Source: Octopus vulgaris (taxonomy: Eukaryota). From it: DNA of 64,000 nt. The stretch covers positions 133,424,001 to 133,488,000 of the forward strand of contig OX597816.1 in assembly GCA_951406725.2 (NCBI GenBank). The letters run 5' to 3'. The notes beneath the pieces were generated by a model. It made no database searches and had not been told where the DNA came from. It saw only the letters and a list, made by a program, of their open reading frames with translations. Within the stretch, counting starts at the first letter, position 1. Each line of letters starts with the position of its first letter. Of the stretch, positions 40,085 through 54,176 are shown one piece after another. A program made the translations under genes and the position numbers.

Positions 40085-40483
40085 CTCTTTCTCTTCTACT
40101 CTTTTACTTGTTTCAGTCATTTGACTGTGGCCATGCTGGAGCACCGCCTTTAGTCAAGCAAATCGATCCAAGCACTTATTCTTTGTAAGCCTAGTACTTA
40201 TTCTATCAGTCTCTTTTGCCAAACTGCTAAGTTTCAGAAACGTAAACACACCAGCATCGGTTATCAAGCGATGTTGGGGTGACAAACACAGACACACAAA
40301 CACACAGACATGTATACATGTATATGACAGGTTCTTTCAGTTTCCGTCTACCAAATCCACTCACAAGGCTTCAGTCAGCCTGAGGCTATAGTAGGACTTG
40401 CCCAAGGTGCCACGTAGTGGGACTGAACCTGGAACCATGTGGTTGGTAAGCAAGCTACTTACCACACAGCTACTACTGCACCT
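40085..40483 (-). mobile_element. Full-length ~400-bp tRNA-derived SINE
   Basis: Reverse complement of the family at 45351-45771. Confidence 0.9.
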
Positions 40484-41004
40484 ATGGAAATTTACTGCAG
40501 GGAAAATACTACCATCTACTGGTTAGGGTTACCTTTCCACCTCTTTTAGTTTTTATTAGCAGAACATAATATAATTTAGGGATCAATATGAATATATTAC
40601 GCATCTATATAGTCAAAGAATCCTGACTACACCCATATATGTTGACTTTATCTGCTCTTCACAAATATTAATGATGAAAGGTTTTATCTAATTAAGTTAA
40701 ATTATTTGAAGATTAATCTAGGATTGTATGAAAAGTACATTTGTTGCTGCTGACAGAGCAAGACCTTAGATCAGCTTCTTATGTTTTTTAAGAAAACAGG
40801 ATGTAATTTCTCGGAAATTTGATAATTATTTCTTGCAGGCTGGTTCAGAAATACATTTTTTAATGCTAAATGAGGGGTCTGTATGTTTGTCTAGAGATAA
40901 TTGGAAAAAATTTATCAGATAAATAAGCCAAATTATTGTTGGCTTTGTTGATGAAATTTGGCTTTTCATATATGTGCTCCTGAATTAGCAAGTGTTGATG
41001 CTGG

Positions 41005-41270
41005 CTTCCACCTTCTTCTCCTCCTCATCATCATCATTATCCTTCCTATCCCACATTCTCCTTCACCTCTCTCTTCCTCTCCCTCCTTCACCTTCCCCTT
41101 CTCATTCTCTTCCACCTTCTCTCCTCCCCTCCTCCATCACCTCCACTCCTCCTCATCCTTCTTCACCTACCCACCCTCCTCCTTCATTCCCTTCAACTTC
41201 CTCACTACCCTTGTCCTCCTTCATCTGCCCTTCACTCCTCCTCCTCCCCTCCTCTTCCTCCTCCTCAACC
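41005..41270. repeat. Pyrimidine-rich (CCT/CTT) low-complexity tract
   Basis: About 265 bp of nearly all C/T on the plus strand. Confidence 0.85.
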
Positions 41271-41787
41271 CTAGATCAGCTCTGATTGAACACAGATTTC
41301 TGATTGATTACATTCCAACCTCAACTATTCTTTAGTTTCAGACAGGGTATCTAAGACTAACGCAAAGTGTCCTAATACCTTAAAAAGAGAGATAGGGTTT
41401 TATTTGAAAGAGATTTAGCTGTTATTTCTGACAGATTAAGCAACCTCATAGAGGTTTTCTTGTTGCCTGCAAGTAGTAAAAGTAAAATAGCCAAGTGGAT
41501 AAGGTACTGGAATGACAGCTTCAAATTTCCTGTGAGTGTTTTTGAGAAATTTCTTTGTTGGATATTTTTCATGTATTTGGCTCTACAGGTGAAATTCCAT
41601 TGTAAGGAAATTGAAGAGATATTTATAAAAAATTCAGAGCACAGGCATAGCTGTGTGGTAAAAAGCTTGTTTCCCAACTACATGTTTTTGTGTTCAGTCT
41701 CACTGTATGGCACCTTGAGTCTTCTGTTATGTAGCCCCAGGCTGACCAAAATTTTCTGAGTGGATTTGGCAGATAGAGAAGCCCATT

Positions 41788-41818
<31 letters not shown>

Positions 41819-42078
41819 AAAGTAAAAGTAGAAACAGCACAGAAGTATGTTTAAAGTTTCTTTTTAATTTTTATTTCTTTAATCGGACAAGATAAGTATT
41901 TTTATATTTGTTACATTAAGCAATTTTTATAAGATATGACCAGTTTTGATGTGTATGTCCATCTTATCAAATATTTAAAATTCAAAGTCCAGAATTAGGA
42001 AATAAAACTTTAAAATTAGAAATTAAAACAGTTCTCATATTCTGTACGTAGATAAGAATATATCTATCTGTCTATCTA

Positions 42079-42113
<35 letters not shown>

Positions 42114-42340
42114 ATCTATTTATCTATCTATCTATATGTGTGTGTGTATACAGATTGGGATGATAAAATAATCCTGGCTATTACTTTTTTAGCACATCAT
42201 GTAGGATCATGGCTAGTGTAGTTTTCCAAAATCAGAGTGAGATCTGTACAACTAAACAACTCCAAGGTAAGCTCCAGTAGGCTTAATATAATAAGCTCCA
42301 CAGAATGAATAATAAGAGTAATATATTTAAACAAGGAAAG

Positions 42341-42602
42341 AAGTCAAATTGACTTCACGATTGTTTCCATAAATGGATGATACTGTTTAATCTATATATA
42401 TAATACAATGTTATGTAATTCATGCAATTATATGTATGAATATAGGACTAGGAATGCTATTCCATATTTTCATATATAATGGAATATATTACATAACATT
42501 GTATGAACTACATACAATTGCATGAGTTGAATGACATTGTATGAGATGTGGAATAAACGATATTGTCTGTTTATGGAAGCAATTATAATATCAATTTGAC
42601 TT
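42341..42602. repeat. Imperfect long inverted repeat (fold-back)
   Basis: AAGTCAAATTGA..ATTGTTTCCATAAA..ATACAATGTTA..TCATGCAATT pairs with AATTGCATGA..TGACATTGTAT..TTTATGGAAGCAAT..TCAATTTGACTT. Confidence 0.85.
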
Positions 42603-43426
42603 TTGGCTGTGTGGTAAGAAGCTTGCTTCCCAACTACATAGTTCCAGATTCAGTTCCACTGCATGGCACCATGGGTAAGTCTTCTACTATAGCCTTAGGC
42701 TGACCAAAGCCTTGTGTGTGGATTTGGTAGAAGGAAACTGAAAGAAGACCATTGTATATATAGGTATATATGTATATATGCATGGAAAGTGGACGTTAAA
42801 CGATGATGATGATGATGATGATGATGTATATATCTATCTATGTCTTTGTGTCTGTGTTTGTCCCTCATCACTGCTTGACAACCAGTGTTGGTGTATTTAC
42901 ATCCCTGTCACTTAGTGGTTTGGCAAAAGACCAAATGAATAAGTACTAGGCTTTAAAAATGTCCTGGGGTTGATTCACTGGACTAAAAACCTTCAAGGTG
43001 GTGCTCCAGCATAGCTGCTGTCAAATGACTGAAATAAGAATAAAAGAAAAAGATGTGTGTATTTGTGTTTGTGTTTGTTTCCCATCACTGTTTGATAACC
43101 AGTGTTGGCTTGTTTACAAACCCTTAATTTAGTGATTTGGCAAAAAGAGACCAATAGAATATGTACTAGGCTTACAAATAAATAAGTACTGGGGTTGATT
43201 TGTTCAACTAAATGCTTCAAGGTGTTGCCCCAGCATGGCCACTATCAAATGACTGAAACAAGAAAAAGATAACTAAATGATTGGTACAAAAACTTCTGTT
43301 ATTATGAGGTTGCTAAGAACAAATTGTAAAGATTCTACTATTCACTCAATACACAGGAGTTCATACTTTTGTGTGTTTTTATGTATGATGACAACAGTAT
43401 CTATTTGTAAATCTTCACAAAGTGCA

Positions 43427-43942
43427 CAGGGTGGGTCAAAAGTCACATACGAAGTAAGTTCAATATGCTCCAGAATTGTGAAAGACATGCTTCAATTTTT
43501 CTAAAATTGAATAAAATTAATAAATTAATGATGAATACACATGTACATGGTGAATGAAATGGATAAAAATAATGGTAATAATAATAATAACAACAACAAC
43601 AACAATAATAATTCTTTCTATTATAGGCACAAGGCCTGAAATTTTGGCGGTAGGGGCTAGTCGACTACATTGACCTTAGTGCGTAACTGGTACTTATTTC
43701 ATTGACCCTGAAAGGATGAAAGGTAAAGTTGATCTTGGCAGAATTTGAACTCAGAACATAGCAGTGAGTGAAATACCGCTAAACATTTCATCCAGCATGC
43801 TAACAATTCTGCCAGCTTGCCACCTTAATAATAATAATAATAACAACAACAACAACGATGACGACGTCGACAACAACAACAACAACAACATAATATGAAT
43901 AAAATGTTGAATGTTTTGGTGCATGACTTTTGGCCCACCCTG
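43427..43942. mobile_element. Tc1/mariner MITE interrupted by a SINE (about 43612-43826)
   Basis: TIRs CAGGGTGGGTCAAAAGTCA and TGACTTTTGGCCCACCCTG, with TA on the right flank. Confidence 0.8.
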
Positions 43943-45350
43943 TATTTGTCATCTCTTTATGTTCTGAGTTCAACTTGCATTATCATCTTTGGCTTTCATC
44001 CTTCCATGGTTGATAAAATAGAATGCCAGTACTAGAACCTTACTTGATTGATCAACCAACCTTTCTATTCAATATCTAGCTTGTTACTATGTTAAAAATG
44101 ATTATTATGAATCATATTATAACTGCAATATGTATCAAATTTTTTTTTTTGGAATGATGTAACTTGAAGCAAATAAAGCTATAAATAATAGCATGTAAAT
44201 ATAGGATTAAAAAGAACTTTGTATAGAAAAAGTTGAAGGCTGCTTGCTGTTCAAACCAAGAATTATTTTGTTCTCTTGAATTTTATAAATTCTTTTGATT
44301 TTGATGTATCATATTGTTTTATTGTAAATTTCATTAAATTTTATTAGTTTTGATTTATATTGCTCATTTAACTTGAATTATCACTATTTGAGTTGAAAAT
44401 TGAATTTGTAATAAGGAAGGATGGTCAGTGTTGGAACACTTTTATTTTTTATGAATCACTGAATCTAAAAACATAATGAAAAAAAAATCGGCAGGATGGT
44501 CACGGTTTCAATATTTGCTAATATTTGATAAATTAATAATTTCTGATTCCTTATTGAAATTTGCATAATCTTAGCACATGAACAAAAGAAAAAATAAAAT
44601 AAAACATAAGCACAAGCATGGCTGTGTGGTTAAGAAGCTTGTTTCCCAACCATGTAGTCATAGGTTCAGTCTCACTACATGACATCTTGGGGGCAAGTGT
44701 CTTCTATTATAGTTCTGAACTGACCAATGCTTTCTGAATGTATTTGGTTGATGGAAATCATGTGATAGCCTGTTATACATGTATATAAGCATAACATTAT
44801 CATTCACCATCATCATTTAGCATCTGTTTTCCATGCTAACTTGGTTTGGATGGTTTGACTGGAGTTGGTAAGACCAGAAGCCACACCAGGCTTTGTTATG
44901 TGTTCTGGCAAGATGTCTATGGTTGGATGACCTTCTTAATGCCAACCACTTTACAGAATGTACTAGGTGCTTTTTTATGTGTTTTTTTATGTGCTTTAGG
45001 TACTTTTTATGTGCTTTTAACATGGCATAAACACAGTGTGTGGTTGTGTGTGTATGTATGTGTGTCTATGTTTTCCCTACCCTCCACCATTACCTGACAA
45101 CCAGTGTTGCTTTGTTTATTTTTGTCCCTGTAACTAAATGATTCAGCAAAAGAGGCCAATAGAATAAGCATCACACATAGAAAATAAATAAGTACTGGAG
45201 TTGACGTATACATATATGGTTGAACTTAGTTGCATAGTTCAATCAGCGCCTGCTGAACGTACTTATGCACATGAAACTATTAGTAGTGCATATAATGCAT
45301 GTAATAAGAAGCATTTATAGTAATATACATACATATATATATATATATAT

Positions 45351-45771
45351 AGGCGTAGGAGTGGCTGTGTGGTAAGTAGCTTGCTTATGAACCACATGGT
45401 TCCAGGTTCAGTCCTACTGCATGGCACCTTGGGCAAGTGTCTTCTACTATAGCCTTGGGCTGACCAAAGCCTTGTGAGTGGATTTGGTAGGTGGAAACTG
45501 AAAGAAGCCCATCGTGTATATGTATATATATATATGATATATATGTATGTGTGTGTATGTGTTTGTGTGTCAGTGTTTGTTCCCCCAACATTGCTTGACA
45601 ACCGATGCTGGTGTGTTTACATCCCCCGTAACTAGCGGTTCGGCAAAAGAGACCAACAGAATAAGTACTAGGCTTACAAAGAATAAGTACTGGGGTCGAT
45701 TTGCTCGACCTAAGACGGTGCTCCAGCATGGCCACAGTCACATGACTGAAACAAGTAAAAGAGTAAAAGAG
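45351..45771 (+). mobile_element. Full-length ~420-bp tRNA-derived SINE (very abundant in this window)
   Basis: A box TGGCTGTGTGG, B-box-like GGTTCAGTCC, internal TA/TG tract, tail GAAACAAGTAAAAGAGTAAAAGAG. Partial copies at about 6280, 31020, 33940, 34200, 41640, 42605, 44610, 49031, 49250, 54365, 56790 and 61150. Confidence 0.92.
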
Positions 45772-46408
45772 TATATATATACATACATATATACATATAT
45801 GTTACTTATGTAATACTTAAGTTATATAATTATATGTTACTTTTAATAAGTGATCCTCATTTTCCTTCTCCCTCATCATCATCACCATCATCATCATTCT
45901 CACTACTTCCATTGACATCATCATTCTTGACATTTTTTTTTGTGGAGCACCGATTTGTTGGTAGTTAAATATATTTACTATATTTAATAATATATTTGAT
46001 TATTACTTAGGCCAATTATAGCAGCAAGCAAACAAGGAACATGTAATTAACTCATTAGATAAAAGGTCTTATTATAAGAGCAACACTGCTGATTCTGATG
46101 TCGAGACATTTTAATTAGTCCACAGTATTAGTATACACTAGATATGCTAGTATTCCAGAATTATTGCAGCTTAATTATATCTATAACAAGTCAGTCCACC
46201 CAGTAACAATTATTTGCAGTATTAATACTCGGGAATGTCAATATTAGTTAGTGTTTTCTGAAACAGTTCTCATTAACGTATATTAATTACTAATACTTGA
46301 TTTGAAACAGTTTCCTCATTAGTAATCAAAATCATTACTAATATGCACATATATTTAAATACTTGCCCTTTCACCTGCACTGAATGTATTTGCATGTGTG
46401 TATATATA

Positions 46409-46464
<56 letters not shown>

Positions 46465-46737
46465 CACATATACAAACACACACACATACATAGATATAGC
46501 TATATCGCTTTCATGTTTTTGGTATAAGGGCGACAGGGGTAAGTCGATTAGATCAATCCAAGTTATCAACTGATACTTATTTCATTGACTCTGAAAGGAT
46601 GAAAGACTAAGTTGACCTCAGTGGAATTTGAACTCAGAACATAAAGACGAATGAAATACTGCTAAGCATTTTGCTTGGTGTGCAAATGTTTCTACCACTT
46701 ATCTGCCTTTATACACATATATATATTTTTTTTTTCG

Positions 46738-47007
46738 TGACCGACCAGACCATCAAATGTTGTTACACATCGCTGGTCACAATGTTTTAGCCTTCGAATG
46801 ATGCCATCCCGCTGGCTAAGCGAGCAGGCCAACAGAAGAAAGAGTGGTGAAAGAGTACAGCAGGGATCACCACCCCCTGCCGGAGCCTCGGGGAGCTTTT
46901 AGGTGTTTTTGCTCAATAAACACTCACAACGCCTGGTCTGGGAATCGAAACCGCGATCCTACGACCGTGAGTCCGCTGCCTTAACCACTGGGCCATTGCG
47001 CCCCCAC
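46738..47007 (-). mobile_element. Young tRNA-derived SINE (resembles octopus OR-type SINEs)
   Basis: Minus-strand head GTGGGGGCGCAATGGCCCAGTGGTTAAGGCAGCGG...GGTTTCGATTCCC with A and B boxes; A-rich tail; CpGs intact. Confidence 0.85.
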
Positions 47008-47137
47008 ATATATATATGGGCAAGCTGGCAACCTGGCCAGTCTGCCACTGTATATTTATGTATTAAAAATTCAGTTTCAAATAAATGAATTTTTAATACA
47101 TAAATATGCATACATTATGTGTGTGTGTGTGTGTGTA

Positions 47138-47195
<58 letters not shown>

Positions 47196-47199
47196 TACA

Positions 47200-47493
47200 C
47201 AGTGGCGGACTGGGTCTAGAAATATTGGTTTCCAGGAGACTAAGGTGGCTCACCTGCAACTACAATGCTATCATTTAATTTTTTTTGTTTTTTTTGTTAA
47301 AAGTATTCTTTTCAATTGTCTACAAACACAGCCAGGCTGAAATAATTAATGCATTCTTCCAGGAGTGAATAAATAATTCTCAAACTTGAGGGGATGGGTC
47401 CCTTAGACACAAACATGGGCCCTCATATATGGATTCTAATGGTGCAGGGACCCACTTGCCATTGGGCAAGCTGGTAACCTGGCCAGTCTGCCA

Positions 47494-47496
<3 letters not shown>
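47200..47496. mobile_element. hAT MITE inserted in (TA)n
   Basis: TIRs CAGTGGCGGACTGG and CCAGTCTGCCACTG; flanks TATATACA/TATATATA. Confidence 0.85.
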
Positions 47497-47545
<49 letters not shown>

Positions 47546-49457
47546 TGTGTGTGTGTGTGTGTATAAGTATATATAAAATATTCCTTATCAAAGTTGACTT
47601 TGGTATAATATACATATACATGTGTGTCTGTGTGTGCCTGCGTGTTTGCACATTTTCGTGTTTATCTCTTACTGCATGACAACTATTGTTGGATTGTTTA
47701 CACCCACATAACTTAGTAGTTCAGCAAAAAGGGAGGGTAGAGTAAGATCCAAAGATAAAGTAAGTACTGTGGTTGATTTAATGAAGTAGACCCTCCAAGA
47801 GAGTGCTCCAACACTATCACAGTCTGATAACTGAACTTAGTAAAAGAGTGAAGAGTATCGTTGTTCACTTAAAGCATTAGTTCAGAAGTAGAAATGAGAA
47901 ATAAGGGAAGCTTCTAATAACCCTTTCTACCAACGGCACATGGCCTGAAATTTTTGGTAGTGAGGGTCTTAGTTGATTACATTGACCTCAGTGTTTCACT
48001 GGTACTTAATTTATTGACCCCAAAAGGGATGAAAAGCAAAGCTGACCTCGGCAATATATGAACTCAGAACTCAGAATGAAGAAAGTTTATTTCTCACTTC
48101 ATTCATTATTCTACCAGTAAAAGATTATATGTATGTATGTATGTATGTATGTATCTATGTATGTATGTACACACATATATACATAAATACACACACATAT
48201 GTACATATGTGTGTATATATGTGTACAAACATATATATGCATATCACAATGCAAACACAGTTGAATGTATGCAAAATACTACCCCAGAAAAAAAGTACTG
48301 TATTGAATATATACAATACATATACACAATTAAAAGTACTGTATAGAATATAAAATGAGAAAAACACATGGGGGTTTCTCTGAATATGTTTGAGGAGGAT
48401 TTCAAGGCAAAATAATAAAAACCAAATATATCGATCACTGTAGCAAGATTTCTTCTGATAAAGTTATGGGTAGGATGATTCACCAAATTTTGCTAAGTTG
48501 CACTTGGCAAAATACCAGAATACATAGCTACAATTGGTATGGAGAAACCTTATTGGCTCTACATGAGACAGAGTTGTTTGTTTTTTATTATTCTGTTGAT
48601 TTATTGGTTGGTTTTATTGTGTGGATTATTTCCATATGTTATAAGATGTTTTTTTTTTCTTCTTCAAAATACCCCAATGTCATAACTTGATTAGATTCTC
48701 AACTTGGCATAAGTCCTCTCACACCAAATTCTTAGTTTTATTCTAACATTCTGTAGAATAATGTGAAATGGCTGAAACATTTGTATGTGGACTATTGACC
48801 CACAAAAGAATATTTATTTTATATGTTTTTATTTATATTGAATTTTATGAACAACAGTATCAATGGTTACAAGTTTTCAATATGTCAATCACTGGTTTTG
48901 CCTTTTCATGGAGTGGGGTAGAGGGAGACAGAAATGTGAAAAGAATGTTTGTGCAACTTAAAACAAATATTGCTCAAGTTTTTTTCTGTTTTTGTATGAA
49001 AGTACCAGTTCATTGAGTTTCATATGCATAAGCACAGGTATGGCCATGTGGTTTGCTCACCAACCACATGGTTTCAGGTTCAGTCCCACTGTGTGGAACT
49101 TTGGGCAAGTGTCTTCTACTATAGCCCCAGGCCAACCAAAGACTTGTGAGTAGATTTGGTAGATAGAAACAGAAAGAAGCCTATCGTGTTGCAGGCAGCA
49201 TCCTTTGTTTCTATTCCTGTGTGAAAACTTGTCTAGACATCTTTTATCTTTTAATTTTTACCTGTTTCAGTCATTAGACTGAGGTCATGCTGGGGCACTA
49301 CCTTGAAGAAATATTAAGTCGAATTTATTGACCTCAGTACTTTTTTTATTTTTTAAGTCTGGTACTTATTCTATCAGTCTCTTTTGCCAAACCACTAAGA
49401 TACAGGGATGTAAACACACCAACACTGGTTGTCAAGCAATGGTGGGGGACAAATAGA

Positions 49458-49517
<60 letters not shown>

Positions 49518-51734
49518 ACTGGCTTCTTTCAGTTTCCGTCTACCAAAATCCACTCACAAGATGTTGGTCAGTCCGAGGCTATAGTAGAAGTCACTTGCCC
49601 AAGGTGCCGCACATTGGGACTGAACCCAGAACCATGTGGTTGGGAAGCAAGCTTTTTACCACACAGGTAAAAATTATCTAACTTGTTGACAGAAAGGCAT
49701 CCAACTGTAAAAAATCTACCTCAACAAATTTCATCCGGCTCATGCAAGCAAGGAAATGTGAACATTAAAATGATGATGATGATGATGATAATGATATTTC
49801 ACATGAGTAAAGTATATAAACACATACACATACACAACACACACATAGGCCCATGTGCATACACACACACACACATGCATATTTGCCTGGCTTCCACCAT
49901 TTTCTATCTATCAAATGACACTCACAAGACATGATCAAAATAAGGTTATAATGAAAGATATTTTTCCCCGAGTTTTTGTGCAGAATAATTGAATCTATAA
50001 CTTTGTGGTTGTGAAGCAAACTTCTCAACAATGCAGCTATGCTTGCACCGTATCTTCTTTAGTCAGTTTTGTTAATTAAAAAAGAGAAAGGTTTTGTTTG
50101 ATTTCATCATATGGTAGTGAGAAGACAATACTGTAATATTTTTGTGCTGAATCCTCATCCTTTGGTATGGATGCTCTTCCTGTCACCAATTGCTTTACAG
50201 AATATTCTAGGTGTATTTTATCATGAGTTTGGTTCTAAAGAGGTTGTCCCATATAACTGGACTGAAAAGCCCTCTCTACTGTGTCAGTACTTACTTAAGG
50301 AGTTAATACCCTTCGAGACAAACATATGGTTGCTCATTTTCTCAATGGAAAAAACCCACATGACTATTTAGCTCAAAGTATTGTCTTCATACATTAGAAT
50401 AATGATATGAAATTTGTACAATACTTTCACATATATTTTCGCATTGTTGGCATCAATATCATTTAAGATATTTTCTTTTGCAATGTCTTTTGGCACTAGC
50501 TACAGAGAAAAAAATTTAAATGTTAATAGTTATTAGCAAAGAATTAATGATGAAGTAGATAGTTTAAAAACCAAGGCAAGTGGAATCAAAAGGTTAGTTT
50601 TAAATATCATATGTTCATATATTAATTAATAATTCTAGCTTACTGAACTAGTCAGACTGCATTTGATCAATCATAAAAATTTAAGCTTGCAAAGAAATAT
50701 TTAAAGTTTTTTTTGTTGTTGTTCTGAAGAGCAGCTTAGTTTTTATCACTTATCTTCATTTTTATATCTTTTGAATGTCCTTTAACATTTCAACTTAATG
50801 TTTAGTTGTTCATTAATGCAGCAAGTTGGCAGAATTGTTAGAGCACTGGGCAAAATGTTTAGCAGCATTTTGTGTCTTTACGTTCTGTGTTCAAATTTTG
50901 CCATGGTTGACTTTGCTTTTCATCCTTTCAGAGTTGATAAAATTAGTACTAGTTGATTACTGGGGTTGATGTAATCAACTTATCCCCAGTCTTACTGATT
51001 TTGTGCCAAAATTTGAAACCAATGTTTACTTGTTCATTCTTTTCAAAAATGTTGAGATTGTAGAAATGGCAGAGTGCAGGACTTAATAGTTGCACTAATG
51101 GCTCACCCCACTACATTCTGAGTTCAAATCTTGTCAAGGCTAGCTTCACTGTTCTTTTCCCTAAAGTTGACAAAGTAGTTACTAGTAATATATTAGTGCT
51201 AATGTATTATTGCTATCTGCTAGCCCCTGACCTGTGTGTTCCATCCACGCACAAAAAGAAAACTTTTCATTCACCCTACCCCAACAAACCAATCTACAAT
51301 CTACATCTCCACATCTCTTCTCTTCCTCAAATACCTAGCTCTCACTCTCCAATCCTGTCCTCAAGGCCCTATTCCTCTGTATCATTGCTATCTGGCAGCC
51401 ATCCGCCACTCTATATATACCCAGGTTTTCGCCTTTCACTCCCCGCTCCACACTTTTTAATCACACTTCCTTTGCAATATCCTGCCGCTTATATTATGGC
51501 GTTTGAACCTCAAGGGTATGCCCTGGCACTTGCCACCATCTGTATCACTCTCTTCTTTTACTCAACCATCCTATTTGTATTCTGATCCCCGTTCCTTGTA
51601 AGTATGCCCAGCATTTTGTCACCATCACTATCCTACTGTCTCCCTCTCTCTCTTTCCTTCTCTTGTACTTCCCTTTGGCTGGGTAACCATGTATTTCCAA
51701 ATTGTGGTAGCGTACCAGTTTCTGTCTTCATTCT

Positions 51735-51769
<35 letters not shown>

Positions 51770-51919
51770 TGGGTAACCTTGAACTTCCTCTACAGCAAGA
51801 CACCTGTTTCTGTCTCTCTGTCTCACTATAACTTTTATCATCCAACACAAGATCACTGCCTCCAATGCCCTCTCCCTTTTTGAAAGTTTCTTTTTTTTTA
51901 TCATCTTGCAAGTACTTGG

Positions 51920-52105
51920 TGACCCTGACAGTGCAGGTGCCACTAAAAAGCAGCCAGTCAACACTGTAAAGTGGTTGGTGTTTGGAAGGACATCCAGCTG
52001 TAAAAACCTTGCCAAAACGGCCACAAAAGTCTGGTGCAGGCTTCTGCTTGGCTGGCTCTTGTGAAACCATCCTACCCATGCTAGCATGGAAGGTGGATGT
52101 TAAAC

Positions 52106-52147
<42 letters not shown>
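51920..52147 (+). mobile_element. Retroposon RTE-like tail with (GAT)n
   Basis: GTGCAGGTGCCACTAAAAAGCAGCC...GGAAGGACATCCAGCTGTAAAA...CCATGCTAGCATGGAAGGTGGATGTTAAAC(GAT)n. Confidence 0.8.
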
Positions 52148-53396
52148 AATTCAACCTTTGCCACAGTTTACTTAGCACTACCTATTTTGATTTCAAATTT
52201 TGCCACAAGGCCAGCAAGTTTGGAGGAGGGTTAGAGTTGATTACACTGATGTCAATGCCTAACTGATACTCATTTTATCAACCCCAAAAGGATGAAAGGC
52301 AAAGTTGACCTCAACAGAATTTAAACACAGAACGTAAAGATGTATGAAATGCCACCAAGCATTTTGCCCAGCATGCTCATAATTCTGTCAGCTTGTACCT
52401 ATATTAAAGATATTTAATTTTCCTTTTTCAGCTTCAAAAATTTATTGCTTTTTAATATCTCTACATCAACAGAACTAAAACTGGCTGAGACAATAGTCTA
52501 CAGGACTAATGCATTACAATATGTATTTCATTCCTCTAGGGTTTTTTACTTTCACCTTTTATGGATGGATTTGTGGGACTAAAATAAATATGTAAAATCC
52601 TACATTGCAAATGCTTCTTGGAAATCCATACAAGTCTCAATTTCTCTTTTCTTTTTTTCAACAACCTTTGATTCCTTTGTCTCATTTAAAAAAAAACCTA
52701 TGGTATCCATTCCTAAATTTTGAAAATGATGTAGTATACATATAAGCACTTTGTAAGTCACGTCTACTATCTAGCTTTATTGTCTAGTCCTTAACTATTT
52801 AATCTTCATTTTTAAAGAAAAGGTATTAATACCTCTTCTATGAATCAAGACCTTGCACTTAGATAAGGAATCATTGACTTCACTTCCAATTATAGCTGTG
52901 TGTTATTTTAATTTGTAATTCAATATACTGAACTGTTTAAAACTAATAATTCTAGTGTCATGACAAATAGCTTGTTGTTTGATATCTTTACAGTTTTAAT
53001 TAGCATTTACTTCCAGTTGCAATCAGATCAGTAGAAGACAAATGTTAAGGAAGCGTCGTCATTAGTCTGAAAGTCACCAACAGACTTAGTGGCTTAATGC
53101 TCTTTCATGAAAGTATTTTTCACAATATTCGAGAGAAATTTTTCACAGTATTCTAGAAAGAAAATAATTCTGTTGACAACGGAAATAACAACAACTGCAT
53201 TAATAAAAACAACAAGACAACCACAAATTCAGACAATAATTTTTCAGTTCACATACTTCCTTCCAGCAAATTCATATAAAATTAAACATCTTTAATTTCA
53301 TTTCAGTTATGAATGAATAATTGACGGTAAAAAGAAATAATTTGAAAATTGCTTTTATTTATGTGGATGCGTTTAAGAAGTATATATCTGTGTGTA

Positions 53397-53427
<31 letters not shown>

Positions 53428-53990
53428 TTGTATGTGTTTGTTTGTATGTGTGTGTTTTTATAATAGCTGAACGGCTAGCTAATAAATACTTAAATTTGAT
53501 TAGTATGTTTAATATTAGACTTACTTTCTGGTAATTAATGATTAGATTTATTAAAAGATTGTATTATTAGAATAATAATTATAATAATAATAATTTCTTA
53601 CATATTATGCACAAGACTAGAAATTTGGTGGGAAAAAGAAACCCACTACTTGACTGATGCCTTATTTTTTATCAATACTGGAAAGATGAAAGGCATAACT
53701 GACCTCAGCAGAATTTGAAACCGGAATGTAAAGAGGTGGGACAAATATTGCTAGGCATTTTGTCTAATGATTTATTGATTCTTCCAATTTACTACCTTCA
53801 TCCTAATAATAATAATAACAACAACAATAACAACAACAACAACAACAACAATAATAATAATTAGTTGGACCTGTGAAAAATTCACAGAAAACATGAAAAA
53901 TGTAAGCATCTGTAAACAGTGTACTGGTGCAATGAGAAATGTTTGTATATTATGACTGTCTGTCTTTACATTCTGAGTTGAAATTCTGCC

Positions 53991-54176
53991 AAGGTTGACT
54001 TTGCCTTTTGTCCTTTTGGGGGTCGCTAAATTAAGTACCAGTTGTGTACTGGGATCAATCTAATCAACTGACCCCATCCCCACAAGGTTGACTTTGCCTT
54101 TTGTCCTTTTGGGAGTCGCTAAATTAAGTACCAGTTGTGTACTGGGATCAATCTAATCAACTGACCCCATCCCCAC
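53991..54176. repeat. 93-bp tandem duplication inside a SINE
   Basis: 53991-54083 and 54084-54176 differ at one position (GGGGG vs GGGAG). Confidence 0.95.

Noticed and set aside
40958-41335. Ser/Pro/Leu-rich ORFs (also 14820-15179 and 51196-51585)
   Set aside because: Low-complexity pyrimidine tracts that lack stop codons by composition.
46930-47007. tRNA gene (also 10720-10797 and 45351-45425)
   Set aside because: A and B boxes are present but there is no complete cloverleaf. Each continues into a repeated SINE body, and one has a clear TSD.
51633-52178. 181-aa ORF with poly-His
   Set aside because: Antisense reading of a retroposon (GAT)n tail and a (CT)n microsatellite.
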